Shown: one piece after another, positions 60,500 to 64,000 of the stretch
Numbering within the stretch: position 1 is the stretch's first letter
Layout of the letters: each line of letters begins with the position of its first letter
Assembly: GCF_030144855.1 (NCBI RefSeq)
Contig: NC_082722.1
Coordinates: 26,412,001 to 26,476,000, forward strand
Direction: 5' to 3'
From: Hypanus sabinus
Lineage: Eukaryota
Length of the DNA stretch: 64,000 nucleotides
Notes under the pieces: generated by a model
Told to the model about the DNA's origin: nothing
The model's database searches: none
Seen by the model: the letters and a program-made list of their open reading frames with translations, nothing else
Translations under genes and position numbers: made by a program

Positions 60500-63400
60500 G
60501 GGTTGTCTTTATTATTCACATGCTTTGTCGAAATCCCTTAAAACCGGCTTCTGCTATTTAAAAATGGCATCCCATTAACCCTCGCCTCTTTTACCCTGGC
60601 GAAATAGGCTTTCGCCCGCTCTTTTCATAGGAGTTATTTTATCAACAATGTGTTCCAAACTTAGACCATCTTCCGAATCTCCACACAATTCTTTAATTTT
60701 ACGCAAGTTGCTAGTTTTCTCTTCGGGACCCTTCAGGCTTTTAGTTTTCAGTTTAAACTCTGTTCAAACAGCAATTCAAATTCTACCCTTTCACACCACA
60801 CTCTGGAATAGCAATAGCGTGTGGGGCTCCTTTACCTTCCAACTCAACCTGTAATTGATTCACAGGCTTTGTGGTACCAAGCCATTGTCTCTGTAGCCTG
60901 GTTGCTGCTTCTGATATCAGTCCAGCCTTTAAATTTTCTTCATTCAATTTGGGAACTACACATTTCCCTTTCCCTTCAATAATAATATTCACCTCACCAC
61001 CTTTGATCTCCTCACTATCTTTTAACACACCTTCGAGCACAAACACCTGGGAACTCTCACTTCACACCGTTACCAAGGTTAACCCTTTCTTCACTGAACC
61101 AAGTCCATCTGACCCACAAGGACTGCATTCCTTTTCAACTGAATCAAATACCTCAGACTTTTCCTGAGCTCCATTACTAGGTTCAGTACCACGTGCATCC
61201 ACATCTTGGACACACTCAAACGGGACATTTACCTCTTCCAGGCTTTCAATACCTGTACCCGGTTCACATTCTAACTTCCCCTTATCCTCCCAGCTACTCT
61301 CTGGACAACTCCCTTCCGGAGTAAACTCGACCCCGCGGGCTGAAACAACTTCATCTGCCAACTCAGTAGACTTCCTCAAGGGATGGGCACCCTTTTCATC
61401 TAGGACTGCCCTCATTTCATTATCGGGAACACCTTTAGAATTTTCAACTTCTTCAAACTGGTCTGCCAAACCAGACAGATCATCCATGTCCAACCCTGGA
61501 CCTTTTAACAGCTTTATCTGTTTCTCATCTTTATTTCGTGCCTCTATAACTTTTCTCCTCGCTAAGGGCAGGTGTACCTCCTCTCCCTTACTCTCTTTCA
61601 CTTTACTACTCTTAGTTTTACCACCCTCTAAACCCTCGTGGTACAGGGTCGGTAAAAACGTCTCGACCAAATCGATATTGGCCGGATTTAAACAGCTTTC
61701 GGTCTCAGCTGCCTTTCACGACATGCTGCGAGTGATCGCGGATGCGGGATAGATCTTGGAATCTAGGGGCGGGACCTCCACCGGTTGTCTCGTCAGCTTC
61801 ATTGCTGACCAAACCTTACCACCGGCTAAATCATTACCCAGAAGGACGTCCGCGTCAGTTCTTGGGAATTCTGACCGCACCCCCATTTCAACTGGTCCAC
61901 AGACTACCTCACAATTCATAATGATTCTATGCAAGGGCACCGTTTCTGTCCCTTTTCCTATTCTTTTCACAGCTACCATTCCCGTCTGGCGACCAAAATC
62001 CAGTACCTTACTGCGAATCAATGACAGTTCCGCTCCCGTGTCTCTCCAGATTCTCACGGGAACTGATGGGTCTCCCTCTCTCACAGACATGGTTCCGTTT
62101 GACGTACAAGTCTCAGACCCTTCTCGTACTCTGTCTACCCGGGGCTCTCTTGTCGATTTACTGATTACCACGGCACATCCGATAGGGACGGCTGCTTTCC
62201 ATTTTCCTGTCTCCTTCCTCGGAGCAAAGCACCTAGATGCAATATGCCCCCCTTTCCACAATTAAAACATGTCAAGCCCGGAATTCTCTGGCCGTCTTGC
62301 CTCTCCTCCCCAATCTTACCACTAGCTCCCGGCGGGACCTCTGCCTCAGACGGCGGGCTTTCTCTATCGTTCCCACGGTCTCTCTGGTAACTTTTATTCG
62401 AGGAAAACTTTGTCTTGTGGGTTAGGGCATATTCATCTGCGAACCTAGCAAATTCGGAGATGGACTTATTCGGCTTCTCATTCAAATACATCCGGATATC
62501 ATTCGAAACACAACCTTTAAATTCCTCAATCAGAATTAACTCCCTGATAGCCAAAAATCCTCTTCCACTGTTTCTGCTGTACACCAACGATCCAAGAGCA
62601 CACCCTTCTCACTGGCAAACTCGGTATACGTCTGATTCCACCCTTTCTTTATATTTCTGAACTTTTGTCTATGCACCTCAGGTACCAATTCTTAAGTCCG
62701 GAGAATGGCCTCCTTTACTTTGGCATAATTCTCCGCCTCTTCCTCCTCCATGGACAATTCCGCATATGCTCGTTGTTCCTTCCCTTTTAACACACTTTGT
62801 TACAGCGGCACCCACTGCTCTTTGCTCCACTTCTGATTCACTGCCACCTTTTCAAAAAGCAAGAAATCACTATCAACATCCGTCTCCTCGAAAGGAGGTA
62901 CTAACCTCATCTCCCGACTAATATTAAACTGCTCCTCTCGGTCTGACCCTTGAGCTCTTCGCTCTTGCCTTAACTTCTCCATATCCAAGTCCTGTTGCCT
63001 CTGTTTCTCTGCCTACTCATACTCTCTCTCCTTCTCGGCTCTCTGCCTCTCTTTCTCAGCTGCTTCCAGCAGTTTTCACCACATTTCATGATCTCTTTGT
63101 TTCTCAGCCCTGCCCTGCTCTTTTTCAGCTCTTTCCTGTTCTTTTTCTGCTCTTTCCTGCTCCCTTTTCACCTCCAACTCCTTTAGCTGTACCGCATGCT
63201 CTCTTTGCTTGTCGGCCCTTTCTTTTTTTCCTTCTCAGCTGCTTCCAGCTGCTTTCAGCTGCTTTAATTTAGTTTCATGTTCCAACCTTAATTTCTCCAA
63301 CTCTAACTGAGCCGTCCTGGTACCTTTTCAGGGATATTTTCCAATAACTCACCTGCAAACACATTCTTCTCAATATAATACTGAATTATGGCCCTTCGCA

Positions 63401-64000
63401 CCTCCCGCTATTTCATTGACAACCTCACTGTTTGCGAGGTTTAGCCCCCACCATATTTATCAAGTCCGATTTTGCACCTGTAGAGTCGGGGTTTCTATAA
63501 ATTCATCCACGTCCATCTTTGCTGGTTTCCCGTCTGGCTACCCGCGTACCAGATCCAAGATTGGACTTAGAAGCCCCATTCACTGGCCTCCCAAATTGGT
63601 GCCAAATCTCGAGACAAGAACCCCAAATTGTTACGTACCCCGTAACTGGGTCACTTACCAGCAAAGATAGAGAAGTCCGTTGAAGTCTGATGGTACTATT
63701 TTTAACAGTGTTTATTGATAAAAATACACACAAATAATATCAATGCTAACATACAGATAATATACGTCGTCAATAATAAATCTAAAAGCGCGAGTATAAT
63801 AATAATCAATAAGAAATAGCTCTATCGTTGTCTAGGGGTATTTGTATTGTCCAATGGAGATATAAAAGTCACTCAAGTTCATTCAAACCGCAGCTTTTGG
63901 TTGGAGAGAGAGACGATGTTTTTAGAACTTGTCCGTTATCTTTATATGATGTCGATCCTTCGAAATGTCGTCGGTGGTGATCTCTTCTTTAGCTAAGCCG
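60500..64000 (-). mobile_element. Gmr1-like Gypsy element: 5' LTR end (63629-64000), degenerate tRNA-Pro-like PBS, SCAN-type gag with CCHC knuckle, protease; no RT or integrase seen
   Basis: FLLFEKVAVNQKWSKEQW; LILIEEFKGCV...FADEYAL; TCFNCGKG/GHIASRC; protease VRIWRDTGAELSLI...DVLLGNDLAGG; after the LTR the minus strand reads CA-atttggggttcttgtc. Frameshifted. Confidence 0.85.

Overview
Vertebrate genomic DNA, repeat-rich. The repeat landscape (CR1 LINEs, V-SINE, Penelope-derived elements, Gmr1-like Gypsy) suggests a cartilaginous fish, probably a ray or skate; this is an inference. The main signal is a tandem array of at least three, probably four, duplicated units on the + strand carrying a non-rearranging immunoglobulin-superfamily receptor gene. 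The middle copy (18897-26720) can be spliced by hand into an intact ~350-aa protein: leader, a compact germline-joined VJ-type domain, a C1-set domain, an uncharged GxxxG transmembrane helix, and a cytoplasmic tail with ITIM/ITSM motifs (VVYAKI, LTYAAL, TVYADV). This combines an antigen-receptor-like V-C1 ectodomain with an inhibitory, checkpoint-like tail. The flanking copies (1666-3032 and 34030-47133) are pseudogenes: one has lost promoter and leader, the other is inflated by nested LTR, Tc1 and LINE insertions. The tail exons show competing splice donors and a probable 2-nt deletion, which together change the number of tyrosine motifs. The rest of the window is mostly transposon debris, with a 151-N gap at 56907-57057. 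Exon models come from splice signals, phase and motif reading only, with no expression data. Identities are hand counts or estimates, and TE boundaries are approximate.
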